Shown here one piece after another: positions 26,997 to 36,900 of a stretch of 64,000 nt of DNA. The stretch is from the IMG/VR virus record IMGVR_UViG_3300025288_000012, positions 1 to 64,000 of that record, one strand, 5' to 3'. The notes under the pieces are model-generated. The model did not search any database, had not been told where the DNA came from, and saw nothing but the letters and a program-made list of their open reading frames with translations. The stretch comes from a virus. Every line of letters starts with the position of its first letter. The stretch's first letter is position 1. A program made the translations under genes and the position numbers.

Positions 26997-27373
26997 TCAA
27001 CCTTTACTAGCAAACTTGAGTCGATATGGATTGGTGTTGCTATCAAAGAACTGTCCTGCGCCTTGAAGACTAACACACCAAGTTTTTCCAGGATATACAA
27101 CGGCTCGAACGTACCGGGCAGCTCGTCAGGTATACCTACTCGAAGTACATAAGGCTTAACCTCAGTACGAGACCTTATGCTCTTGAACAATATGCCTTGT
27201 GGTGAACCGTTGCACAACAGGTAACAGAAACTAATGTAGCCAGTTAGGACAGTTAGCTCAGATGTCTCGAATGAGTCTACCAACGGCGTACGCATAAAAA
27301 ATGCTGTATGCTGGTACCCAGTGGGAGAAACACACTTGAAAAACCTAGAAGTTTGAGTTACCTTGAGAATCAT
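26993..27373 (-). CDS. Hypothetical protein
   Basis: Overlapping start/stop with neighbours. Confidence 0.55.
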   Translation of the reverse strand: MILKVTQTSRFFKCVSPTGYQHTAFFMRTPLVDSFETSELTVLTGYISFCYLLCNGSPQGILFKSIRSRTEVKPYVLRVGIPDELPGTFEPLYILEKLGVLVFKAQDSSLIATPIHIDSSLLVKVE

Positions 27374-27376
27374 GAC

Positions 27377-28546
27377 TCACCCGGCCAATGAACACACGTA
27401 GCTTACAGTAGCTCCTGAGGTCGGTTCAAGATCGATACGCAGCCATTTTTGCTTCTTGAGCGACAGGGTCGCTTCACCCTGCGAACGAATCAAGGTAAGC
27501 ACATCTTTCAACATGCGTGGTTCAATTAGTGCCTTTATAGCCTTACCTACGGAAACGTCAACCTTGATAGAGTCAGAGGCTGAACCATGATTAGTGGTGA
27601 ACGTTACACCCAACATTGACTGGCCTTCCTTGAAGGTCAACTCGAAGGAAGTGTTGGCACTGTAGATGGTGAACAGATTGTCAACCGTCGTGGTAAGTCT
27701 GGCGAGGTCGATAGTGCATTTGAAGTCCGGCTTGTCAAGAGACTTGATGTAGTCGGGAACGATAGTGTAGTTCTTGTCCTCAGTCTGAGATGAAGGAAGA
27801 ACCAGGACAAAGTTGGTACCTTCAATTCGTATGGACTCGCTCCTGATGAAGAACTTTGCGTCTTCGCTACCCACAAGCTTGTCGATAGTGAGGAAGTGGG
27901 AAGAAGGAAGCGCAATCTTGAACGACACACCTTTCTGCTCTGCCTTTACTACGTAGTGACCGAAGTGATGCTGGTCAAAACAAGCTACAGAGAATAGACC
28001 CTTTGTGCTCAAGTTCAAGTAGCTTAACAGGCTGTTGTCAGCGTAAATGTCTTTGATGCTCGTAAGAGACAGTCCTTCCTTCAAAGCATCCAGAACTTCA
28101 CGGTTAAGTGTCGTGTCAGTTCCTTTGTCCTTAGCCGATAGAGCCGTATTGACTGACGTAGCTTGGTCGTTGGTAACAGGCAGCACAACAAACTTCCCGT
28201 TGTACTTGCCTTTGGTCAATTTGAATTCGCACTCGTTGCCCGTGAACGTAAAGGAAAGCTGTGACCGGCCTTTGACGATACCTTGAAGGTAAACAGGATC
28301 GAAACCGAAGGCACCATCACCTGTGGACGAAGCATTCGCAAGTTCAATGTAGACGTAAGTGTCAGTGTTGAAGGCCAGAATAACTACTTTGCCTTTTACG
28401 CCTATAGCGATGAAACTTTTTGAGCCTGTTGAGGATAGACCAACGGCTGCACCCAAGCGTGACAACACTGCGTCAAGTTCTTTCGAGTCTGCAGTAAACG
28501 AAAACGCTTTCTGATTTGCGGGATTGAGTGTAACTCTGGTAACCAT
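27377..28546 (-). CDS. DNA polymerase III beta-like sliding clamp
   Basis: 389 aa with three repeated alpha/beta units; VACFDQHH (cf. ATDGHRL), IEPRMLKDVL (cf. FNxxYLxDxL); sits in the replication module. Confidence 0.65.
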   Translation of the reverse strand: MVTRVTLNPANQKAFSFTADSKELDAVLSRLGAAVGLSSTGSKSFIAIGVKGKVVILAFNTDTYVYIELANASSTGDGAFGFDPVYLQGIVKGRSQLSFTFTGNECEFKLTKGKYNGKFVVLPVTNDQATSVNTALSAKDKGTDTTLNREVLDALKEGLSLTSIKDIYADNSLLSYLNLSTKGLFSVACFDQHHFGHYVVKAEQKGVSFKIALPSSHFLTIDKLVGSEDAKFFIRSESIRIEGTNFVLVLPSSQTEDKNYTIVPDYIKSLDKPDFKCTIDLARLTTTVDNLFTIYSANTSFELTFKEGQSMLGVTFTTNHGSASDSIKVDVSVGKAIKALIEPRMLKDVLTLIRSQGEATLSLKKQKWLRIDLEPTSGATVSYVCSLAG

Positions 28547-28556
28547 TTGTTTTCCT

Positions 28557-28973
28557 TTAGTGGATAGTGTTTAAGCGTAGTTCAGAAAAGACGAAGGCGC
28601 TGTACAGCTTCAATGGGTCGGCCATTACATAGAAGGGCAACATGTCAAGTACTAAGGATAAGGTTCGTGTCCCAGCAGTGTACGTGCAGCAAATGGTGAG
28701 TGAGTCAGACAGCTGGGCCAAATACTTAGCCGTTACGTCGTTTTCAGCTAAGCAGGACGCAGCTGAACCCGCTGTTATGGAGCGTACTTGGTACATGAGG
28801 GCGCCTAGATTTATCTCTGGCAAGGTTCTATCGCCTGCGAAAGAGCAAAAGCTATCAACGGCCGTGTCCAGTGAACGAGCTAGAGTTGGGTGGAGCCCTG
28901 CATCAACTAAGGTAATAGTTTGAACAAAATAGTTCGACATTAGAACCCTGAAATAGCGAAAGAGCATTGTCAA
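28557..28973 (-). CDS. Hypothetical protein
   Basis: ORF coupled to queE. Confidence 0.5.
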   Translation of the reverse strand: MTMLFRYFRVLMSNYFVQTITLVDAGLHPTLARSLDTAVDSFCSFAGDRTLPEINLGALMYQVRSITAGSAASCLAENDVTAKYLAQLSDSLTICCTYTAGTRTLSLVLDMLPFYVMADPLKLYSAFVFSELRLNTIH

Positions 28974-29896
28974 GTACCAGTTTCGTTACCGAAAACCCAA
29001 ACGTGAACTCGAGCGCAGAAGCTGTAGCCGTTCTGGACACAACCCTCAGCAACTTTACGCTGCACGTCTTCCTGCTGCTGTAAGGTGGCTCCTTCAGGCA
29101 TTATGTAGACTTGTTCATCCTTCAAAGTGTACGCACCATGCTCCCGAAGATAGGTGTTGTATTCGTTTACAGTAGAGCGTATCTCAGCGAAGGAAGCTTC
29201 AGAACCATCAGACACGAACTTGACGTACTGTATTTCGTTCTTGAAGTGTTGCTGTTGCTGGAGTAGTACTGAGGGCTTTCTTGCCTTTTCATGAGGCTCA
29301 CCGCTGTTCGTAAGCTTCGGACTGTTAGCCCACACTACCAAACAACCTTTCTTTTCCAGATTCCGTAAGACCGAAGAGAATCGTGGGTGGATTGGGACAG
29401 AGGCATTAGTCTCTATGACGAGTTTGCGAATGTAGCGCAGTGAAGACTCATGGGAGAAAAAGTCTATCCAGAACTTCTGGTGAAGAAGTGGTTCACCACC
29501 AGTTATCGAGAAGGCTGGGAACGAGGATGGCTGCAAAGCTGATTCAGGTACATGCTCTTGCATCAAGTCCTGCGCGTACTTTGGCAGCTTCTCGTAAATC
29601 TTTTCCCACAAAGAGTCAACGTTGTACTTAGTGGACAAGTGTTTGAAGTTAGGATGCCATGAGTACGATGAATCACATCCCGTAGTTGGCTTGAAGTGAC
29701 GAAGGTCGTCTATGTCCTGAAACGCAATAGGTACCAGGTCAGGATTAGAGAAGCCGCGGCATGTGAAGTTGCAGCCAAAGGACCGAATGAATACCATGGG
29801 GTACCCAGTAAGTGGGCCTTCACCTTCAATCGAGGTGAAGACTTCGGACACGGACATGGTAAGTTTACCAGGTTTTTTCTTGAGGAAGTTTCTCAT
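28970..29896 (-). CDS. queE: 7-carboxy-7-deazaguanine synthase (radical SAM)
   Basis: EVFTSIEGEG, FIRSFGCNFTC...GCDSSYSW, ITGGEPLL, IETNA, SPKL, KFV, IMPEG, RVHV. Confidence 0.9.
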   Translation of the reverse strand: MRNFLKKKPGKLTMSVSEVFTSIEGEGPLTGYPMVFIRSFGCNFTCRGFSNPDLVPIAFQDIDDLRHFKPTTGCDSSYSWHPNFKHLSTKYNVDSLWEKIYEKLPKYAQDLMQEHVPESALQPSSFPAFSITGGEPLLHQKFWIDFFSHESSLRYIRKLVIETNASVPIHPRFSSVLRNLEKKGCLVVWANSPKLTNSGEPHEKARKPSVLLQQQQHFKNEIQYVKFVSDGSEASFAEIRSTVNEYNTYLREHGAYTLKDEQVYIMPEGATLQQQEDVQRKVAEGCVQNGYSFCARVHVWVFGNETGT

Positions 29897-31794
29897 GTTG
29901 CTCTCTGTTTGTCAAGTTTACGGTACTTGGAGTGGTCGTATTGCCAGTTTATGTTCTTAGCTTGTTTGACCATCCAATCGGGTGCATCGGGCCAACCATC
30001 AACGAACACTTCGCGCATAGCGCTTGAGACAACTATGTCGTGATGAAGTTCATCGCGCTGAAACACTAACGACTCATAGACGATTCGTTCCAGTTCTACA
30101 AGACTATCATCCCACGCTTGGGAATGCGAAAGAGCTGGTCCAATCTCTGCGTCAATGTCTACGTCTACAACTAACTTTAAACTATGACGCTCTACCATAG
30201 TTTCACGTACACCGTCGATAAGCGCGTACTCTACGTACTTGATACCCAAAAGGAAATCTTTATAGGCAAACTCATTTTCTAATGAGTCATGTACGCTGTT
30301 GCACACTGCGTAGTCAACGTCACGCTTCTGTTCTTTCCACAGCTTGAATACCATGGTGTCAAGGTAACGAGCACCGATGCTCATGAACTGAGCGCCCATA
30401 CCTTGAATAGGACTGTTAACTGCACGTCTATCCATTTCCGCATGTACTTTGTTGCCACAAGAACATGACTTGTTGTACAGGTATCCCCATAAGTGACGCC
30501 GCATACCTAACGGATTCTCGTAGTACAAGTGCTTACGTGCAAACACCTTGGCGTCTTCAATCCACTTCATACCCTTCGGGAATTTCTTCCGGAAATTGTT
30601 AACCAAGTTCTCTGCGTAACCCAGAGGCTTGTCGATGGTACGGGCAAGGCTCTTGATAGACATTTGGTATATCAGGCCGAAGATAACAGCTTTAACTGCG
30701 TTGCGCAATATCTTGTCAACCAGCTCCAGAAGCACACTAAAGAAGTAGCTGGCATTAACAACGTGGACGTCGGCTTCAAGCTTGAGTCGTCTGGCTAACT
30801 CAGGCGTTGGATGTAGCCTGTATTCGTCGCGCAACTTCCTTGCGTCTTTGAATATCTTGGCTAGAGCAGTGTCAAAGGATATGATGCCCCAGCCACGTAC
30901 CTCGTGTACCTTGTAGTCAACCTTGAGGTATAGCCTACCGGCACGTGCTACGAACAACCGCTTGATCTGTTTACCAAGCTCCGAATGCGAAGGTACTTGC
31001 TGCAAGTTAGGGTCGCTAGCGCTTGTACGACCAGTAATAACCTGAAGGTAGTTGTACCTCGGTCTGATACGATGATCTATTTTAATATCGTCGTCTGTAG
31101 CAAGAAGCTTGATGAAAGACTTGACGTAGGCATTCTTTAGCTTGTTAGCCTTACCAAGTCCCGTATAGGATGCAACGATGGGATTAGACTCATACTCCTT
31201 CTGGAAAGCCTTGTCTAACTTCCCTTTACCTGGTGAACCATTAACGGATACCCCGCGAGCTAGAGGCTTCAGCTTCAGTACCTCAAAGAACAGGACTTGC
31301 TTATGGTCATCCTTACGCAAGGAGAACAAGTTCACTTTGGCCGAATCGCCGAACAAACCTTTCTCGGGTACACCTGCACGTTTGAGCAAAATCTGATTTG
31401 CGCGCTTAACTGCAGGCGTGTCTAAAAGCTCGCTCTCCATGTTCTTGATTGTTTTTTCGATTGGAGAGTTGGGTGTGCGAAGGTAAAACAAGTAGCTTAC
31501 GTCTAGCCCTGAGCCATTACTTTCCATCCGGCTAAACATGTGAAGCGTGTCACTTATCTGGTCTTGAACAAATGACCTGTACGCAGTGTGACCGTAAGCT
31601 GCAGCACGCTCTAGTTGTTTAAGGTGAACGGCTACGAGTGTAACAACGTCGTAGGAGCAATTGTGCACAAGAATTGGAGTTTTTGTAATCTCAGTACACG
31701 CAAAAAAATTGTTGTTGCCTTCAACGCTTATATCAAAAACGTCCTCTTCTTGAGGAATTTCACTTATACGTCTTATCTTGGAAATAGATGCCAT
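29893..31794 (-). CDS. polA: Family A DNA polymerase, C-terminal part, preceded by a 45-aa split-intein C fragment
   Basis: IntC ends LVHN|C. Polymerase motifs TGRTSASDPNLQQVP, VDYKVHEVR (A), RNAVKAVIFGLIY (B), VNSPIQG, SVHDS (C). Confidence 0.93.
   Translation of the reverse strand: MASISKIRRISEIPQEEDVFDISVEGNNNFFACTEITKTPILVHNCSYDVVTLVAVHLKQLERAAAYGHTAYRSFVQDQISDTLHMFSRMESNGSGLDVSYLFYLRTPNSPIEKTIKNMESELLDTPAVKRANQILLKRAGVPEKGLFGDSAKVNLFSLRKDDHKQVLFFEVLKLKPLARGVSVNGSPGKGKLDKAFQKEYESNPIVASYTGLGKANKLKNAYVKSFIKLLATDDDIKIDHRIRPRYNYLQVITGRTSASDPNLQQVPSHSELGKQIKRLFVARAGRLYLKVDYKVHEVRGWGIISFDTALAKIFKDARKLRDEYRLHPTPELARRLKLEADVHVVNASYFFSVLLELVDKILRNAVKAVIFGLIYQMSIKSLARTIDKPLGYAENLVNNFRKKFPKGMKWIEDAKVFARKHLYYENPLGMRRHLWGYLYNKSCSCGNKVHAEMDRRAVNSPIQGMGAQFMSIGARYLDTMVFKLWKEQKRDVDYAVCNSVHDSLENEFAYKDFLLGIKYVEYALIDGVRETMVERHSLKLVVDVDIDAEIGPALSHSQAWDDSLVELERIVYESLVFQRDELHHDIVVSSAMREVFVDGWPDAPDWMVKQAKNINWQYDHSKYRKLDKQRAT
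31660..31794 (-). mobile_element. Split intein, C fragment (45 aa)
   Basis: MASISKIRRI...VFDISVEGNNNFFAC...ILVHN followed by the Cys +1 nucleophile. Confidence 0.9.
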
Positions 31795-31968
31795 GAAAAA
31801 CCTTGTTGAAAAAGAAGTAAAAGAGCTTATATATTCAAAAGGAGGAAAACTGCGGAGTTTGCACTAAATCACGTAGTCTAACTGAAGAGGACTTGTTCAG
31901 AATAGCTCCTCCTCTAAGTATTGCTGGAAGGGAATCTGCAAGAGTTAAGCTGAAAACAAGTATCGGAC

Positions 31969-32259
31969 TTAGTTCTTCACTAACACCGACTCTCCTTCAT
32001 ACAAGTCTATAGCCTTAACATATTTGGACCTAGTTACCGACCATACTTCGTGATTCTCCGTAACTCTAATTACGCTACCGTCCTCAGTTTCAATCTCAAA
32101 CATTCGCTCTGCCGTGTGGTGATGCGAAACGGCTTCGACAAGTCGCAGCTCATGGCAGAACGTAAAGTGGTTGTAAGAGTAGGCTTTATCCCCAACTAGA
32201 ACCTCGGATATAGGAGTATAGCCACGCTCTAGAAGAACATAGTTTGACCCAGACAAACA
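31969..32259 (-). mobile_element. Split intein, N fragment (96 aa)
   Basis: CLSGSNYV (block A), ISEVLVGD, IRVTENH (block B TxxH), KAIDLYEGESV, then stop. Confidence 0.9.
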
Positions 32260-33444
32260 ATATTTTAAGAAATCAGTGGAGTAAAGATTCGTCGTAGATA
32301 TGTTCTTACGATCTTTCTTGGAGAACTTCGACTCCATGTAACCAGTGAAGCCATACTGGGAACAGATGTTGGCTAGAGAGTAATAGTACTCACCCGTAAG
32401 AGCAGACAGAAATTTGTAGTTCTCGTCCAAGCCAAATTCACCGCCAAAAATATCATGCACATGGTTGTGCATGTAGCGAGTCTTCAGCTGATTCCTCATT
32501 AAGTTGAGGTCGAAGTCCGCGTTGGCATAGATGTGATACTTGTTATCGTTGTCACCCTCGAAGTATGCCCGAAGCCTTCTCTTCAAGTATCCTAGTTCTT
32601 TAGGAGTGAAAGGTGTGTCCTTATGGTACAAGGGAACTACATACCCAATCGTGTCCTTCACAGCGAACTGAATAGTCAACAGCCTGTTAGCCAATTTGTT
32701 TAGGTTGTCGGCTTCTGTATCAACGGCAACATACTCCGCTGCTGCAAGATGATCCATAAGCTTGTTGAACTTCGGAACGTTGTCAATAAGGACAGCCTTG
32801 CTGCTCTTCAGGCGATCATTGTCAACTGCATAACGGTGTGTTGCCATTATGGCGTTCGCAAGGTTGCGGATCACATAGCCCAAAAGCCCAGCAGTAGCAG
32901 CAGTGCCTTCATTCAGAGACTCAAGACTTAACGTGCTTACGGTAAGGAATTCATGAGTACCTGCCTTACTCCTTACCGGAACACCATACCAGTACGAATG
33001 CTTGTTGTCAGAAAGTTCCAGCTGTGGTTTGAGCAACGCAGCAGAAGCAGAGTGACCGAAGGTAACGACCACGTCTGGCTTGTACTTGAGTATCAGTGCT
33101 CTTATCCGAGCTGCAAAGGCTGACTTGGCCGCGTATTGAACTTCTCTGGTACTACCTGCAGTCTTGAAGGCATTGAAGGTACAAGCAAGCCAGGAGAACG
33201 TTATCTGTTTTTTAAGTTCGACGCTAAACGTAGCCTTCAGAAGTGCCTCAAGCAGCATTCCGGTCTCACCCGAAAGCAGTCTACCCTCGTGCAGGTCTTC
33301 CGTAGGCATATAGTCTAGGACGAAAAGAATCTTACGACCTGAATTGTTTTCGTAGGGAAGTTTGACAAAAGAGTAGTCGTTTAGTGCGGAGAAAGAGCCA
33401 CCGAACTTGTAGTCGAACTTAGTGTATTTTATCTTGTCGAACAC
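31969..33444 (-). CDS. polA: Family A DNA polymerase, N-terminal part (UDG-like domain + 3'-5' exonuclease) ending in split-intein N fragment
   Basis: UDG-like (EDLHEGRLLSGETG...KPDVVVTFG), ExoI VDTE, ExoII NADFD; ExoIII Y|CSYD is completed only after splicing. Confidence 0.9.
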   Translation of the reverse strand: MFDKIKYTKFDYKFGGSFSALNDYSFVKLPYENNSGRKILFVLDYMPTEDLHEGRLLSGETGMLLEALLKATFSVELKKQITFSWLACTFNAFKTAGSTREVQYAAKSAFAARIRALILKYKPDVVVTFGHSASAALLKPQLELSDNKHSYWYGVPVRSKAGTHEFLTVSTLSLESLNEGTAATAGLLGYVIRNLANAIMATHRYAVDNDRLKSSKAVLIDNVPKFNKLMDHLAAAEYVAVDTEADNLNKLANRLLTIQFAVKDTIGYVVPLYHKDTPFTPKELGYLKRRLRAYFEGDNDNKYHIYANADFDLNLMRNQLKTRYMHNHVHDIFGGEFGLDENYKFLSALTGEYYYSLANICSQYGFTGYMESKFSKKDRKNISTTNLYSTDFLKYCLSGSNYVLLERGYTPISEVLVGDKAYSYNHFTFCHELRLVEAVSHHHTAERMFEIETEDGSVIRVTENHEVWSVTRSKYVKAIDLYEGESVLVKN

Positions 33445-33493
33445 CCAAATAACCTCGTAAGTATAGATCCATGACGTTATTTACAGTAATGGT

Positions 33494-33522
33494 AAAAATG
33501 GCCGCACTAGGCGGCCATTTTT
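33494..33522. terminator. Bidirectional terminator
   Basis: AAAAATGGCCGC ACTAG GCGGCCATTTTT. Confidence 0.85.
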
Positions 33523-33540
33523 GAGTGAAGGAACTAGGTG

Positions 33541-33897
33541 TCAGTCAGTACTTGGTTCAGTAGGAACAGTCTTTGGCACTGCGTGAACTCGCACAGCATT
33601 GCGAGTTACAGGACCCTTTGCAAGTGCTTCCTTCTCCTGCGCGAGGATGTCTTCGATTGAAGGATGATAGAGCAGTCCTGACCTCGTGTCCAGTGTAATA
33701 CCAGACGGCCACGGTTTGTGTCCTGCGAAAGGCATGCCGGAGTTGGGCAACCCAGGTAGAAATTCCATTTCAGACTCGAACCGCTTCTTGGCTTCTATGG
33801 ACATGGGACCCCATTGACCGTCAATCGGGCCTTGGTAGTACCCCATAGCCTTCAGGATAAGCTGCTGCCTGACTAGATGGTTGAATGCTGTTTGCAT
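33541..33897 (-). CDS. Peptidoglycan-binding domain protein
   Basis: QLILKAMGYYQGPIDGQWGPMSIEAKKRFE (PG_binding_1 pattern); no catalytic domain visible. Confidence 0.75.
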   Translation of the reverse strand: MQTAFNHLVRQQLILKAMGYYQGPIDGQWGPMSIEAKKRFESEMEFLPGLPNSGMPFAGHKPWPSGITLDTRSGLLYHPSIEDILAQEKEALAKGPVTRNAVRVHAVPKTVPTEPSTD

Positions 33898-33911
33898 GTG
33901 TGCTTCTCCAG

Positions 33912-36900
33912 TTAAATTCTTTGAGTGGTCTTAAGGTCGGCAAGCTCTTGTTTGAGCTCCGCGAAGTTTGTCACTACGACACCTTCAGCTCGCATGGAAC
34001 GCACGAATGAGACCAGCTCTGACCTAGCGTTGAAGAACTTGATGTTAAGGCCAGATGCTTCGGCAAACTTCAGGCTCCTTGTACCAGGAATGACTTTGTT
34101 CAGGTGTCTCTTGATTGAAGGGTTGGTAGCAATGTCAACTGTCAACATAAGGCTGCCGTTAAGTATGACCGGGTAGATCTTAAGCTCAGGCCTGCCCTTT
34201 GCATCCTTGCCGCTAAGTTTGTGACGTAGCAGGTAGAAGTTTTTGAACTCTGCAACTGGCGCGAGCTCGACTGCAAATTTCCGGCCTTTTCCGCTCTGAA
34301 ACGAATCCTGCAGAGACTCCAGGCGTCTAAAGATCGGAGTGCTTATGGAGAACTTCGCATCCAGGTAGTCAAGTAAGGCTTCAAAGGATTTTTGGTCCTT
34401 CACTATGGTGTAGGCATAGTCACCAAACTGCTTGAACCCATACGACTTAATGTCAAACTCCGGGTCTTCAGGGCTACCTTCAAGTGCAAGGAATCCATTG
34501 TAGACTACGGGGAACAGCTCAATGTTGAGATTCTGTTCTTCCTCGTCTTCTTCAGGCTCTGGTTTAGGCGCACGTTTCTTCTTACCGAGACCAAGAATGG
34601 TCTTGGCAGCCGCAGCCGCAGCCTTCTTAGCTTCCCTGGCTTCTTGACGCTCCAAGGCTTTACGCGCACGTTCTGCCAGAGCCTTGTCACGTTTGGTAGC
34701 GAGCTTCGTAGTTGGGCCAAAGTCCTTGACGTTATCCTTGGTCACGTTAGTGGCAAGGAAGATCATCGTGGCTGCACCACTGTACGTGTCGCCGTTTGCC
34801 AGCTGCACATCAACCCTAGTGATACGCCGAGCAGCTTCCAGCTCGTTGTCACTTATGCCTTCGACCTTAGGAGGCCGAGATAGGCCAACGCGGCTTATAA
34901 CACCGTTACCGAACTCGGTGTGGACGTAAGAGCCGATAAGGTTCTTACGATCCTTGAGGATAGCCTGAACCGCTGGGTCTTCAGTATCTTGAAGGTACTC
35001 ATTTAGACGCAGCAGACCGAAGTCATGGCGATCCGGAACCTCCAAGTTCGGAACGTAAGGTACCTGCTCAAGTATGCGAGCTTCCTTGAACATAGGTGTA
35101 GGAGGTACGTCCAACATAGTTGACGGACCAGATTGGCGCATGTCCTCAAATTCGGCAGCCTGAATGTGGACCAAGTTTGCGTATGCCTCGATGTACTCCT
35201 GAATGTCAGAAATAACCGGAACACTTGCGATGGTGTCCAAGTTCATACGGATCAAAGGAAGCTGCTGCTCTGCAATTGCTGCATACAAAGGGTTTCCAGC
35301 TTCGTCGAACTGCGTCTTAATGAGCATCTTAGAAATCAGACGCCCCATCTTCGCAACTTCTAGGCTACCGTTGCAGATAATCCAGTCGAGGTACACATTC
35401 TCCCGAGAGAACTTCTTGGAAGGATCAGGACGGAAAATACGCGAGGACGATTGGTCCAACTCACCAGGTGACCAGGGTGACTCCATACGAATGATGCGGC
35501 TAGCACAGTTGTGCACCAAAACGGGGATAAGCGTATTGTGTCTATCGTTTGACCCAGCACAAGCAAAGAAGTTGTGGTTACCCTTTACGTTAAGGTCGTA
35601 CTTGTAATCTCCAATAAGCTTCTTGGATTTTCCAAATGTTATTGATGTTACGGTAAGGTAGTGGTTGTTGATGAAAGACTCAAGGCGGGCACGAGTATCG
35701 GCCAAAGTAGCCTCATGGTAGCACGAATCTGCATCTACAATCAGGCATTCGATACCAACTTTAGCATAAGCCTTTATCAACTCTCGGTCATACTTCTTGT
35801 CCCTGTAAGCACGAGCCCCAATTACTTCAACAACCTTGTAAGTTCTGCCTTTAGAGTTCAAGTGATTTAGGGATACGAAATCTGGGTTTTTGTTTACGGT
35901 ACGACCACCCATTGTTAACGTTACCCAATAATCACCGTCACCCGTGTACGCAAGTCCCTTTATACCAAGATCAATAACATTACTCTCTGGGATGTTTAGT
36001 AATGTACCTTGAGCCAGCAACATAGCGCCTACGCCAGCCTCAGTGTACCCTGGGATGTTAGCATGGCACCATGCAGTTGCAGCGCTCTTGCGTTGCCTTG
36101 CTTCGGGTGTAGAAAGGGCTGCCTGTAGCCGTGCGCTGTGTAGATCTCTCATGCCGGGCTTTGCCCAGTGTTTCCGTAGAGATTTTGAGATCTTGCGTTT
36201 AACCTCGGGTCGGGCATTAACTTCTGTGCGAGTGGCTGACATCTGTTCTTGAGCGTCGAGATCTTCATAATAACGAGTAAGCTTTTCCTCTATAGAGGAA
36301 CGACCTTCCGGAGAAGAATAAAACTTCTTCAACGACTTTGAAAGAGTTTCTGGGCAGGAGTTGAAGGGTGAGAACTTTCCGCCATACGTTATGAGTTGAT
36401 CACCAACTTTCAGGTCTCGTGCCTCAATCTCGGAGCCATCCTTAAGGAAGACCGGGTGTTCTTCAGTTAGAAGTAACGGACTAGCCTCACCTGTACGGTT
36501 ATCCTCAACTCTTACGTTAAGGTACACATCCTTTGGTTTAACTTTGTGCCGTAGCTTACCATATATCTTACGTTTCTCTATCTTGCGGGTCTCAAGGTTG
36601 TAAGAAAGTACATGGGTAATCTCAGGATTGGCATAGATTTCACCAATAGACATTGACTTTCGGTAGTCAATCATTACCTGAGTTTGAGCAGGGAAGCACT
36701 GAAGGTTGTGGCCCTCGGAGATGGATTGCTCGTTGGCGATTAAAATTTGCGGGTCCTTCGTAAGGCTGAAAGGTGATGTCTTGAATCGGTCAAACCCTTC
36801 CATCTTGTTCTTGACTTCGCCGTGGAACTTGATTGCTATCTTCTTCAAGTCAGGTGGAAGTGCCTTGTACACCGCATTAACGGTACGAGTGTAACGGCAG

